A stretch of 56,825 nucleotides of DNA, counting the filler, from Platydemus manokwari (Eukaryota), in NCBI GenBank assembly GCA_037951405.1. It is 5 parts of 5 records of this genome, joined end to end, with 100 filler letters (N's around TTAATTAATTAA, not from the genome) between each part and the next. Parts side by side here need not be neighbours in the genome. Positions count along the whole stretch, not along the records: positions 19,779 to 29,190 come from JBBMOY011253096.1; positions 29,291 to 47,033 come from JBBMOY010855533.1; 3 more parts are not named here. The stretch is one strand, 5' to 3'. The notes beneath the pieces were generated by a model. It saw only the letters and a program-made list of their open reading frames with translations. It was not told the origin of the DNA and made no database searches. A program made the position numbers and the translations under genes. Below, one piece after another: positions 27,221 to 40,900 of this stretch. Every line of letters starts with the position of its first letter. Position 1 is the first letter of the stretch.

Positions 27221-27779
27221 CACACAATAACAGAAAAAATGATGGCTTGTACATACATAAAAGGGATTTCAATATAGGTATTTCTTTTATTATTGTGTAT
27301 GTGAGACGCAATAAGTCTTCTTGACATTTCTATTCATTTTTATGCTGTGGTAGAACGCATCTTTCTTGATTGCTGAGATCATCTCGTCATGGAGAAAACC
27401 ATGTATAAATCGATTATAGGATATAGAATAAATATTACCTTGCATTTTCATTTTAGATCAGAAAGAAAATATCGTCACGGAGATGAGTTTTATTATTGTT
27501 ACGTGACTATATTCTGTTTTTTAGATTTTAGCCTGGTAATTGATGAAAAACGGGGTGATCGCGGAACGAGAAGATTTGATTAAAGAAAAGCGCACATTGA
27601 ATATTTTTATGCCTGTGAAAATCGAATGCGATTAACAAAAATTGGATTACAAAAAACCAGAATTTCGGACTTTGATATTCAAATGAGAAATTTTTATGTT
27701 TTGAAATAAATCTTTGCATCTTCATAATTGAACACAGAGAAACACGTGATTAATTGGTATTTATCAACCTCATATTAAT

Positions 27780-28510
27780 CCAAGAATTAAATATTTATCG
27801 CTTTATTCAATGGAAGATAAGATTTCTTTTTATTTTACGGTAATCATGGAATTGATTTCCACCATTTTAAACCCCAATATTTTACAGAGCTTTTTACAAG
27901 TAGTCTACTTGACATCTATACGGGTTGGGTACAGTCTTATATCAGTTATACCAACAAAACTTCTTTTTTCTGTGATTATTCTTTCTCCCAACAATCTGTA
28001 TTTCAACTTCTTTCGTTTTTGGATATTGATATTTATGTTACAATATATCTCTATTATCAGTCTTTTCAATTAACAAATTTCTGTAAAAAATTCCTTTATT
28101 GATTATTTATTAACTAAAGACAAATTATCAAAAACAGACAGGATTTTCTAAATAATTATTTAGTTCTGAACATCAAATGTTTACAATTATTTTAACCAAC
28201 ACAATACGCTAAAATAAAGGATTTAACCAAGGAAGCATCAATTTCACTGGTAGCGTGAAAACCTTTTTTCTGAATCAATATTTTGTACATAGATTATAGA
28301 ACATCGAATTTATCGAAAATAGTAGATTAGTATCATCCAGGAACCAAGTTATTTATTACATATTATATCTCTTCTAAACTATCAAACACCAGTTCTTTCA
28401 GAACGCTTCTATAGCTCCAGAAAAAGTTGCTTGTCTAATACTTTTATTTTTCAAAAGGAAATCTTTATCTCGATGAAATAGTTTAATGTTCTTTGCTTTT
28501 TATTATTGCA
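27780..28510 (-). mobile_element. Gypsy RT relic
   Basis: Minus strand QATFSGAIEA... followed by WFLDDT (YLDD-like, ~28330-28350). Decayed. Confidence 0.45.
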
Positions 28511-28679
28511 TGGATTAGATTAATTTTTCTGTTGATTAATTTTTCTTGTCGATTGATTGTTTGATTGATTTCTTTAATTTAAATTTCAAATTTGTATTCA
28601 ACAAATCTAATAATAGTGGAAGAGAATTAATATCCAAGTCGAGAACAACCTTAATTATTAATAAAGCATATTGCCAAAA

Positions 28680-29190
28680 AACTATACAATGAGAGATGGG
28701 GTTTGCCGAAGCCGAATGACAAAAGACCGAGACCCGGATATAGAGATCTATTGTGACGAAGTAGGTCTTTTTAAAGATCAGGTGTCTAATATACGGATAA
28801 GGAGATTTAGTTTTCCGCAATTTTCACATTTTGCCTGGCCCTAATCAACGGTCAAAAAAGCAAATTTTACGCATCCGTGACGAAATTGAAAAATACGATG
28901 GTGAAGATGAACACATATTGCAAGAGATGGATAATCAAAAAAATCAGGATTGTCTCATTACTTACATTTCAATATTATTACTACACCAATAAAGTTTAAA
29001 AAATTGAAGTATCGTCCAATGGATCATGTTAAAAGAATTGTTTGAGCGCATTCAAGCTTCCGGATTAAAGATAAATTCAGATAAATATTTTTTCTTCAGA
29101 AACGAAATTAAATTTTTGACTAGTGTCATAAGTATAGATGGAGTGAAAATAATCACCGATAAAATTGTTAAAATCACAAATGTCCAAGAA
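28680..29190 (+). mobile_element. Gypsy RT relic truncated by gap
   Basis: ELFERIQASGLKINSDKYFFFRNEIKFLTSVISIDGVK matches the Gypsy RT C-terminal 'RL..AGL.L...KC.F....V.FLG..IS..G' motif. Confidence 0.8.
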
Positions 29191-29290
29191 NNNNNNNNNN
29201 NNNNNNNNNNNNNNNNNNNNNNNNNNNNNNNNNNTTAATTAATTAANNNNNNNNNNNNNNNNNNNNNNNNNNNNNNNNNNNNNNNNNNNN
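29191..29290. other. Artificial assembly linker
   Basis: Direct. Confidence 0.97.
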
Positions 29291-30049
29291 AAAGAATTAA
29301 ATTTGAAATGTTTTGAGATGAATAAAATTAAAAGAGAATAAAAATTAATAATATAAAATTATTATTTCTGAAAATAAATATTAAAGCAAAATAATATAAT
29401 ATATAATAATATCTTATATATGAAGTAGGAGATTGTTAATTATTGATATTTACTGATCTGGCATGTCATTCCAATTGGAGAGAATTTGCTGCATCATATT
29501 TCTAGCTAAATTTATATAAAAAGAATGACAATCATTAGATAATCGCCAATACTGTAAGAAAGAAAATATTATAATTGATTTCAAAAAATCGATGCAGTGA
29601 TTTTATTCAGAATTGATTTTATACAGGTTAATTCTTTTGATGTTTATTAAAACGTGATATTCGTGAGTATCTTTACAGTATTAAATTGAAATAGTATAAG
29701 ATATCTGAAGATAGTAATCCCGAGTATCCGTGGAATAAAAATTGTATTAGATATTCGAGAATAGTTTAGTATTTCGATAAGTTGAGCGTACAAATGTTGT
29801 TTACAAACTCTGGTATTATTTGTGTCATAACAGCTTCTACGCTAGTAGTAGAAAGACCACAAGCAGATACTCTGCAGCTATTACATATAGATTTGAGGGC
29901 TCGACACTTGTGTTTTATTGTTGTACAGAGAAAATTTGTACATTTTATGAAATAATAAATCTTGATGATCAACATTTATTGGATTCAGATTAGTATATTT
30001 AGATTAGTAGTGTTATTGTGTTGGTAATCAATAGATCCGGAGCACATCT

Positions 30050-32020
30050 TTTTCCAGTCACTTTTCAACAAGATACTCCGGACCAAAATCAATGGAAAGA
30101 GTGCAACACAAATCTCCTCATTAAGCTTGGAAAACAATCTTCCTACTACACTATTACATTATAGAGGCCAATCGGTCTAAAGGACTCTTCTCACAATACT
30201 TAACTTTCGCTTACTAAAATAGATCGATCCCGGAAACCTACTATCTACTAATCAAAAAACCATGTTCGCATCGGATGGTTGTGACGAACACAACGCCTAC
30301 CTGTTCTCGCTTCAGGAATGCATGGCCCAAGACAACAAGGATATGCATATATGCTGGATTGATTTCAACAAGATGGGATGTAATACTCAGTACATAAAGA
30401 TGATTCTATCCATAGAAGACTGCAAATCAACTTAAACATGTGGAATATTGAAAATACCGCCAATTCCAATTTTTTGAGGTTTCAAACAAGGTTGCCTCTT
30501 GTCAATGACTCTCTTCGGTTTTATCAATAGATTTTCTATTGCGATCAGTTGCTAACCTATCTGAACCATTGATCGTCTACGATAACTAATTTTCGACATT
30601 GGCCTAAGCCGACGACATTGTCATCATCGCAAACTTTGAAGAAAACCTAGAAAATAAGACCAACTACCTGGCACAACAATTAAATGATATCCAACTAACT
30701 ATCAATACATCAAAATGTAGAAAATTTTGCAAAAAACATCAGAAACCATATTGGCCTAAAGATCTTCGACCAGTCAATATCAATTGTGGAGTCTGACAAC
30801 CTACACAGATATTTCGGGGTGCCTTTCGGACTTTTAAAACGAACACCAATGGATCACATACTGGAATCAATCGTCACCGACTTCGAAGAGATCGTTGAAT
30901 CCAGGCTGCACTCTTTGCACAAGTTTTAGGTCTAAAATATCTTCCTGTATTCGAGATAGCTATTCCACCTCAGAGTCCAGCAGGTCAAAATCACAAAATT
31001 AGATTGAAGACCATTAATAACAGACCAACACGGACAATCAGTGCAATATTTAAACAATAACATTCGCTAAATCTTCAGAAAAATACTCTACATGCACAAT
31101 TTCAATTCTAGCAACAACAACTTCCAATATACGCCAAAGAAACTTGCCGGAAACGGAGTCACCACGTCCTTAATGGAATACTGCGTCCAGATCATGGTCG
31201 GAATTTTCATATACCTCAAGAACCCGGATCACGAAGATTCATCGCACATCACATCATTAACGTCGTCAAACACCGCGTGACAGACTCGTAAGATCTACAA
31301 ACTGTACCACTATGGATTTAGGACAAATTGCTCACTGAGAAACCATCATCTGCAACGGCATGGTGGACCAGAACTATGTTAGCTCCAAGAAAACTCAGAA
31401 AAATCAAAACCGATGTGGACTTTTATAACCACCATTCTGATGTCTTGCTAAAATTAACGACACATAACATTTCAATTTTGGTAATCTGGGAAAGCTATCA
31501 GATGTACTGTATGATTCAATTGCCATGCACTTTTACCACGAATGGGTAAAAATGAAGAAACCAGGAAGATTAGTTCACTGCTTCTCGGCCAGCCATATTT
31601 CGCAGAAACCGCTCAAAAATTTCTACTTATCACAGGAAGTTTGGATTTTTGCACTGAAGCCAGAAACAATCTCCTCCTACTCTGTTACAGTCCATATTTC
31701 ATCAAACAAAAGAAATCCATACTATACCGAAAATGCCAAACATAACCGGAGACTGACTCTCATATCTGCACACATTGTCCAGCAGTCCCTGGTCTGGCAT
31801 CGAAGAGACATTCAATTATATTAGATCACCCCGGCAACTATCTAAAATTTCTCGGACTGGTCATCGACAAAGATACAAGCCCACAAGAAACCGCTACAAA
31901 ACTACGACTGTATCTAGTCATAAGAAACGATGTAAAAGACGTGCTTACATCACCGACCTGAAGACTCCTTTCGATATCAGTGCAAACCCCAAAAGCTACA
32001 AGGGTCTTAACAGATAAAAA
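30050..32020 (+). mobile_element. Second RLE-type non-LTR retrotransposon relic (RT + CCHC + RLE; NeSL/Utopia-like)
   Basis: Ordered motifs across frameshifts: RPIGL, SDGCDEHN, CWIDF, FKQGCLLS, LA*ADDIVII, YRYFGVPFG, AWWTRT, EARNNLL, KLRLYLV (RPD), ITDLKTPFD. Confidence 0.85.
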
Positions 32021-32599
32021 TATAAGTACTAAATATATAATAAACAATAAAACGTAAATAAAATCAAGTCATGATATTTAGAAATTACAAAGCTAACTTA
32101 CGTGTTCATTATATTAACCTATGAAAAAGAAATAAAATCAAATAAAATAACAATAACCAATTACAAAACTAATAAAGATAATGTAAACGGAAAATAGTAT
32201 TAAAAGGATTATTAAACAATAAGAAAATGCACCTCAAAACTTTCAGAAATTTTTTCACATGATATAGAAGAATAATTGACTAAAATTATGAGTAATCTTT
32301 ATATTATAATTAATATAACAATATTTCTGGAAAAGAATTATGAATTGATTAACCTGGAAAAAATCTCAAATAATTTTGACTTCTTTTTAAACAACTTTTC
32401 TACTGGCCTCTTTCGCCTCCAAATTTGGGTTGCAGTAGCTTCTATTACTGGTTGTTTTTTTTTATCTTTATGGCACCAGGACATCACAAAAATTTTTTAT
32501 ATCGCACATTGTATTAATTTTATTGTGTTACCGATTTAATGATAAATTTTATTGATACTCAGCTAATGTTATATTATATATCTGAACTAATAATGTACA

Positions 32600-33150
32600 T
32601 AATCTATGATTAGACAAGGATAAGAGTGGGATATTGGTAGATTTGTTCATCTGACGCAGAAATGAATCAACAACAACATTATCTAAATCTACTAAACAAC
32701 TTCGCTCTCATCACGCTCAATGTATTCTATGTCTTCAGGATTGCCTCAACAAGTAGGAGGATGATCTTCCCAATACTACCTATTCCAGTCTTTAATTTAC
32801 CCGATGATGGGATCCCAATCCCAGATTCAATCATCCTACCAAAGTCTACACAGTCCCAATTCAAGTGGAAAGTGAATATTGACGATGACAATTTGTGATT
32901 AAATTTTTTGCATGTGAGGCAGAATTTAATTTCATGGTGCAGCAACTCATTGAGACAAGTTTTTACATCAATTCTCAACAAGACTATATGTGAAACATAG
33001 ATAAAGCACCACTTGTTCTATTCCAAACTCATAAATGTACATTAAAATAATTAAGCAGATAGAATATGTTTTAACCTTTTATCATCACCGTATGGGATCA
33101 TCTGTTTGATGATAAAGAACACTTAGCAGAATGTCAGATATTAATATTCT
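32600..33150 (+). mobile_element. Penelope-like C-terminal relic (HTH / GIY-YIG region)
   Basis: ICSSDAEMNQQQHYLNLLNN resembles PLE 'ICS.....E...L....NN'; VWDHLFDDKEH occurs further on. Confidence 0.35.
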
Positions 33151-34449
33151 AAAATGTAATTCCAAAATAACCGTTTATACATTTTAAATAATATCGTTCT
33201 TGCACTACAAATAAAATTGGGGTTCAAAATTTTTTACAGATTTTGAATATTCATTAAGTTCAAAAGACAAAATACTTTAAAGTTTTTTAGTCTCAATAAA
33301 TGTCTGTAAATATTAATTGTTAAATTGATAAATTTCATTCGCCTAATTCTCATTTCATAAAATTGTTATTCATTTCAAGAGGGTAATATGTTATCAATGT
33401 ACCAATTGCATATTTATTGCTTGATGTTAATAATAAATTATTTTATCACCTATTATTTGAAAAATTACAAGAGGAACTGTTTCATTCGTATTTCCCTCTA
33501 CTTTTAAAAAGCTTTTAATGGAAATGAGTTATACGCCCATCATAATGGTTTCGGTAATAATTTTAAAAGCATTTATTCGAATGTTAGTAACGAGAGAATA
33601 TTTTTAAATGGAAATATTTCACATCAAATATAAGCCGCTACCATTTGGACTAAACAAACTGAAAAATCAAGACACCAAATTATCTATATAAAGACATATA
33701 TTTAAGCAAATTAATGTCTTCTAATATTAATTCATAAAACTTTATAAATATAAATTGTCAAATATTCACACCAAATAAAAGTGATAACTTTATGTTCAAG
33801 TTAAGAAAAGGTGTCACGAAATAAAATTTTTAATTTATATGAAGTGTGTTTTAAATAGTTTTTAAAATTATTTAAGAAATGAAAAATTAATCATCTGTTG
33901 AAGAAAATTTCAAAAAAATTAACATAACATAAACAAAAAACGAAAAATCTCTGTTATTTGAAATTGATTTTCAGAATCCTAATAAAATGACAAGCAAAGT
34001 AAATAAATAAAGCAAAAACTTACTGGAATTATTTTGAAAAGAAAATGAATTGTTAATTGCGGTTAATTTTTGGATAGATTTCCAATAATTGGTAATTTAG
34101 AATTATGAGTGCGTGATGTGAAAAATTGATCAAATTATACTATAAACAGCTTCATTCATGTAGTTGAACAATGATATAAGTGTTATTCAAAACAAAAGAT
34201 CTTGATTGAAATGAATAATAAAAGATATAAAATTCTCTTATTAGTTCCTGACTGTGAAATTTTGTGATAACTCATTATCGTTTTAAGTTTAAATGTGATG
34301 GATTAATGTTTGTGAGAAACTTGTTTGATCTTTGACTACTGAAAATGAGTTGAGATAAAATCAATCTTAATTTATCCTTAATTAAGAGAAATTGGGTCAT
34401 GTAGTGCCAAAGCAGTGGATTATCTCTATGTAAATCGATATTGCTCCTG

Positions 34450-35500
34450 TCTCGTAATTGCAAATGACAAATAATGATTTTGTTTGATACTTATTTAGTG
34501 TTTCAAAAGTTCATCGCAAACTTTGCACTTAAATATTGCAAAAAAAATCTATAAATAATCAATAACATTGACTATTCGACTAGAGTTGGAGGAAGAAACA
34601 AGAGAAAAGGCAGTATTTATTAATAGCACTAGATACTGACAGTTTCAGTTTAATAGAATCTCTTTTAGATTAAGTCAGCACCTGCAAATTTTCAGGAACT
34701 TATTAATGTCGTATTGAAGACTGAAAATTGGATGTGCAGCGTAATTTATCTGGACGATATGTGGAAGAACAGTCAATGAACACAATGAAAAGTTGGAAAA
34801 AGTTCTGAACCGAATCGATGAGGCTGGGTTGAAAATGATTTCAAAGAAGTGTTTTTTCTTATAAAAAGAAATTAAGTAAATAAGAAATGTTGTTGACGAA
34901 AACGGCGTAAGAACAGATTAAGACGAACTTGGGATAATAAATAATTGATTAAAATCTCTGTGTCAAGGAACTGCAGGAATTTTTGAGATTATGTTGGTAT
35001 TTTAGTTGGCTTATAAATTAATTTACTGATTAAACCAAACCACTATAAAAATTAATAAAAAAGAGAGCAAATTAAAGTGGAATGATTTAACAAAAGTTTC
35101 TTTTCATAAATTGAAAGCGTCATTAATTTCGTCACCAGTTCTAAGTTTACCATGCAAATAAGGTAAATATGTTCTGGATACTGATGCATATTTCGAGGCT
35201 ATAGAAGCTGTACTCTCTCAAATATAAAACGGTGAAGAACGTGAATATTGTATAACAAGAAAAGAGTTATTAGCCATAAATATACGTGTCTTTGTTAGAA
35301 CATTTAAGCATTACCTAAATGGTAAGAAATTTATTGTCAGAACTGATCACTTAGATTAGAAATGGTTGCTGAATTGGGATTCTTCTAGCGCATCACAATA
35401 GTGTATATGAAAAACAGAGCTGGAAATATTTAAAATGAAAACAGAATATAGAAAAGAAAAAGAACACATCAACTCAGATGCCTTATCATTTCGAACAATA
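34450..35500 (+). mobile_element. Gypsy pol relic (RT-RNase H)
   Basis: SAPANFQELIN, VIYLDD, RIDEAGLK...KKCFF, LISSPVLSLP, YVLDTDA, RKELLAI, FKHYLNGKKFIVRTDH, INSDALS. Many stops. Confidence 0.92.
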
Positions 35501-35554
35501 CTTTATAAAGCACCAAAACCTTAAAATATAATCGAGAAGAATTATATCAAGTCA

Positions 35555-36130
35555 TCATAAACATAGCTTGCATTTCCTCACACATTTCGAAAATTTGATG
35601 TCAAGTTGGATGATAATAAAATTATCGGTTTCCACATGTGTCGAAGAAAACTCAATATTCTTCAAATATAGATTTGTGATCAAAGTATGATCCAAAGACC
35701 ATATCATTGGACATTTGAGTATGGCAATGGTTTTGTGTTTCAAATTTTGAATTGGTCTAGCAATTTGTGTATCAATGAACTTATGACACGGCATTTAAAC
35801 TAGCACTATTAGTTTGCAGAAGTTTCAGAATATCAAACTATTGATTTGAAAAATCGCTATACCACCAGTAATGATTGTGATACCTAATGAATTTGATCGA
35901 TTTGACCAATATATATTTATCAAAAACTATGTTCCATACTCAGTTTGAGATTCGTAAAGTGCAAAGGTCTTGTCAATTCCAGCTTATTAAAAGTTCTATT
36001 TTACAGGACAGTGGTTCATTGGCTGACACTCGAGAGTGGACAGTTGAGTGAACGAATTGAGGTTTACGTCTACAATACAAGGGTGACCAAATTAGATGTG
36101 ACATTCGGGGTTTGTACAATTACCAATCAA
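35555..36130 (-). mobile_element. Gypsy integrase relic, opposite orientation
   Basis: HI*FGHPCI (zinc-binding HH half) and PCHKFIDTQIARPIQNLK (like 'PYHP.TNG.AER.VQTLK'). Confidence 0.5.
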
Positions 36131-36796
36131 ATTTTTAAAAATCATTTAATAATATGTTATTGATGAAATAATATCTCCACAAATTCGGCAAAAATAACTC
36201 TAATTGTTATTACTATCAAGGATAGATTGAAAATCTTGTTCTTTGTTTCTCAAAGATTTATATTCTTCAAATTTTTGGAATTTAATCTTTGAATTATACT
36301 CCGTAGCAATCATTATTAGCGGAAATTAACAGATTAACTGATACATAAAGATGGAAAATCAAATAATTTTAAGAAAATACCATTAAAAAAACTAAACGAT
36401 ATTAATGTAAAAGCAAATGCGATTATTATAAGCTTTTAAATCAATATTTCTTATCAGAAGGCAAATGGATTAGATTATTTTAAACTGATAATATGCAATT
36501 ATATAAAATTTATCGTAAAAATGCTTGAAACGAATTGGTTTGAAATTTGTTTTCTTAAATATCATTTGTATTTAATAAATGAAACATTAAAAACTCAATA
36601 AAGCGGATACAAGAACTGAAAAACAAAATTCTTTTATTTTCAGATTTAAATAGTGTTCTTAAAATTTTGTAAATTCGTTTTGTAGAATCATTGATATAAC
36701 GTCGAATTATTATCACTAAAAATGTTAAAGGTCCACTGTGTAATAGATCAGACCTTTATTTATTAATCGATTAGTGATAACATTAAAACAACTATT

Positions 36797-37794
36797 TCAT
36801 TTACATCGAATATATTTGCACATGATGAAGTTTCTAAAGTTCTTGAACAAGATCATGTACACAATTGGATTCACAATGGTCACACATGCAAACACAAATT
36901 TAAGATAATAGAACATATGCTCATTAATAAGTTTGTTATCATTTATAATAATTATTATAAATGAAAAAAAGATCGTCAATTGCGCTAGGCCGTATGAAAT
37001 TGTGGAAATTATATTAGCGATTGAAAATCGAAGAGTTAGATGTTTGTTTGTTGTGAAATTCTTATTTGAACGAGGTCTATTCTTCAGAGTTTTCCATAGC
37101 ACAAATATGGTAACCAAGTTTAATATTGTAAATATTATAAAAGGTAAAATTGTTGTCAAAAATAAATCGATAATCAATAAAGTAAACGAAAAATTATTTA
37201 AACAAATGTAATGAGTAACGTTATAATGAATTTGATAATTAGAAATACATATTGATTGGGCCAGTAGACTCACTAAAATAGCGAAACCAGTTGCACAATA
37301 TATCTTTTGTTTTGTTATTGATTTATATTGAAATGGTAGAACAATACAGACAAAACGCTCCAAAGTCAGTAAAATCATCATGTTGATACTGCATAAACTA
37401 AGAGTACCAAATATATTCGGATTTGAAATTAAATAGCAGTAAGTTATTGCATCAAAAGCACTTGTTATTACTTCGTTTGGTTTAAAATTATACATTGGAA
37501 TAATGAAAATTGATCCCAAATCGAAACAGGTTTGAATTTTAATGATGATTGTTGCATTTGTTGAAGCTATACGATGTTTCCTGAGGAACAACAAAACAAT
37601 TATGTTCAATATGGCAAACAATGATAATATGATGCATCTAAATATAAAAAACAGGACACTGTCCCCAAGATTCTCAAAGATTTTAAAATTCCACATGAGA
37701 ATAATTCTTTGTATTCAAAGTGACACTTAATCATATACTTTAAAAAATTATAATTTGTTGAATTGAGTTCAATTATATTATGATATTGTGCCAT
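36797..37794 (-). CDS. Orphan class A (rhodopsin-like) GPCR, ~321 aa
   Basis: Seven hydrophobic segments; TM3 LTLERFVCIVLPF, TM7 IVNPIVY, helix 8 FKNFRNFI, candidate disulfide cysteines. Exon 1 (37794-37739) joins exon 2 (37706-36797) through a 32-nt GT-AG intron, adding an N-terminus with an NST sequon. Confidence 0.9.
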
Positions 37795-40099
37795 GATTTC
37801 ATTGGATTGATAGAATTATTGCAGGTTAAAAAGATGAAAATTTTGATAAACAATTTTGATTGGATAGAACTTATTTTGGAAATTTATTGTGATTCTAGAG
37901 GTTGTTTACAAATATTTCTAATAAATTAATAGAATAATACAAAAAAGAATTTTATATTTTCGCCGCACAATTGAGATCTTAAGAAATATATCTCGACATA
38001 AACTGATAATTTTCATGATTATTGTAACACCTCACAAGCCTTCAATCACTTTATATATTATTTTAAATTTCATTTAGCCAACATTAGAAAAATATAGATT
38101 TTCTTATGTTTATCAAATCCACAATTTTTACAAGAACAAATTCTAGTTTTAAAAGAATCTTTTATATTGGCAAAATCGAGATTTTGAATTTCTTATTTAT
38201 TTGAGAACTTTTTTCAAAAGAATAAAACATATTTAAACTATAAAGCTGATAAGAAAATATTCACACAGAAAATTAATCATAAAATTTGAATTAATTATTC
38301 TCTGTGATTAAGAAAAATCGTAACATCACGCCTATCCTCTATCTGATCAGTGAATATTTTTAACTTAAAAATTACTTTCACACTATAATCAGGCATTTCT
38401 TGCTTCGATTGGCACGTTCTGAGACTTTGTACGACATCCACAACTTTACAAAGTCTGATGATATCAATATTCTAGAAATGGATTGATAAAAGTCGTCCTG
38501 CTATATGTTGACCGTAAGTAAATAAATTTTAAAATGACGTCTGACTTTGATCTTATTATATTACTAAATAAATAATAAATAAAATCATATTAGCTGATAT
38601 CTTTTAATTAGAAACATTAAAGTCATCGTGATATAGCAAAGATTGATCATAGCAAATATTCTGTGATTGATTATCATATAAAATAACCGATAAAAGACTT
38701 ATCACGATAACTAAAAGGTAATTTATCAATGTCCTCATTTATTTAGATAAACAAAATTAATGATTTAATGTTACCTTTGATTTTGACTTTCTTAATTTCA
38801 GATTTTTTATAAATCTGTTATCATTATTATTTTTGAAAAACATATTCATGTTTAGCTTTGTAATTATGAAATTATTATCAAATTATTGTTAAATTATTAT
38901 TTAAATATAAATCTTTTCCAATTCATTAAGGATTTGATAGGATTAATTATAGATTTTGATATATAATCAACTTATAATTCATTATTCACTACAACATTTA
39001 TTAAAGATATTCCTTTTTCACTTCAATATACATAACCCTCTGAAATGTATATCTTTATTAAATCACATAAATAATAAGATATTGTTCACTGAAAGTTATT
39101 GGATACAATCATTAATTATTTGAATGAATTGAATTTTTGTAGAGACAATATGTAGTTCATGTTAACAGGGGTTGCTACCGTTTGTGAGAATTTCTTACTG
39201 TTACTGTCTAGGTTTAAAAAGAACCAAAATATTGCTTATAAAACCCCAGAAAGGTAATTATTTAAAATATTATAGCAAATTTTCAGTAACAATTATCGTT
39301 TGATTATAAATTACATTGAGATGAATCATAAATCCTATTGAATCAAAAGTTATTTCATATATTAACTACAACATTACAATTTCGATGACCAAAAACAACA
39401 ATTTCAGCACAACCAAACATTGAAATAATTTAAAAAACAATTGAGAAAATGCAAATCGAAAAATGCCATTTCATCAACTTAGTGACAGTTCTATAGAAAT
39501 GTTATAGAAAATGAATTTGATTTGATGTTGTCGACGGGTTGTTTTAGATGAAATATGATAAATTTGAAATTTTATCGATTTACAAGGGACATTTCATAAT
39601 TTTAGTAGAAGATTTTTAAGTGATAACATAATGAATGCAATTGAATTTATTTTCGAATATAAAAATCATTGGAAATTAGATTTAACAAGAAAATGAATTG
39701 CTTGATTTGCATTATGTAATATATTGATCATTTAATGACATGTAGAATTATGACAAAAATGGTATTGTACAGGTAGGTCAATGCAAAAGAGATATCTTTT
39801 ATCAAATAAAAGTACAGCTTGAGAATAGTAAGTAATGAATTTTCAGGTCATTGAGAAGTATTCGAAAAACTGTAAAGTACCACAGTAATGTATAGAAATT
39901 TGGATGAAATGGTTTCTTTCTAAATTTTCTTTCTAAAAATCTATTACCATTTTCGCCAATAAAATCTATTTTCAAAAATATATTAATATGATATAAATAT
40001 ATCTGTAAAATAGAAGGGTTAAATCTTTCTCCGTTTTTAAGAAAAATTTTCAGAAGTATTGAACATAATGCATTAGGAAAATTAAAGGTTTAAATCGTT

Positions 40100-40900
40100 T
40101 CAATTCTACTCGACTTCGATTCCCCACCTAAACTCTACTCGGATTCCAAATGAAATTAATGCCTTACAGTTTAGTAAAAAATTTTATTTACTGAGCAATT
40201 TCTAGTATGCGTAGCCCTCCCTTCTTTCTACTCACACACAATTATGCATACCTAGCACGACCAGATAGTAGCAATTGCATCAACTAAATTGTGATCCGTT
40301 CATCTCAAACAGTTCTCCGTTGCCCGAGCTCAAGGTCCTGATTCGAATTCCTGTATATAAATTATCTCGAACACAATTCATTATGATCTTGTTCAGTAAT
40401 TATTGTCGTATTGAAAATATCAAAAGTGAGCCCACTGGAATAAATTATCAAATTTTCAGCACTAGTAACTTCATCTTTCCAGATTTTCAAGTCTGATCGA
40501 GACGTTTGTCACCGGAGGTCTAGACATCTATGAAATTGTCAACTCAGTACGGTATTCTATGTGCAGATGAAGATATACTCACAAATCCCAATTTCAACCT
40601 CTGACGTCCCGTTAACACAATCTTAATGAAAAGCTCGTCCACAGTTTTGCAATTTCAACAAAATAATACACCACAATGAACTTAGACACAAACTCCAATT
40701 CCCCAACCACATTCTCCTACTTAGAACTTTTATACCAATTGATATGATGGCCCAGCAAAATGAACTCAATATAGGATCTTAACAAACGTATTCAAAATTT
40801 CATCGATCTGCCATTTTAACAATAGAATTGCACTAACTTCGAACTTTCTGCTCGATTCCCGCATCAGTCTGCTCACTAACTCATTTGACGCGAAAAATTA
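40100..40900 (-). mobile_element. Gypsy RNase H/connection relic
   Basis: Minus strand RDVRG*NWDL*VYLHLHIEYRTELTIS*MSRPP resembles 'RW.L.L..Y.F.I.YR.G..N..D.LSR'. Confidence 0.5.

Noticed and set aside
29766-29975. Cys-rich ORF (HKCRALKSICNSC), possibly a gag zinc-knuckle remnant
   Set aside because: Incomplete motif; insufficient support to call.
31580-31590. GCTTCTCGGCC matches the U2 snRNA 5' end
   Set aside because: Only 11 nt, inside the element's coding region, with no continuing U2 sequence.
36933-37730. Plus-strand ORFs of 92 and 62 aa
   Set aside because: Antisense shadows of the GPCR.
37738-37750. U-UUU-UUA slippery heptamer in the GPCR 5' region
   Set aside because: The -1 frame hits TAA within a few codons; the 32-nt intron explains the frame change.
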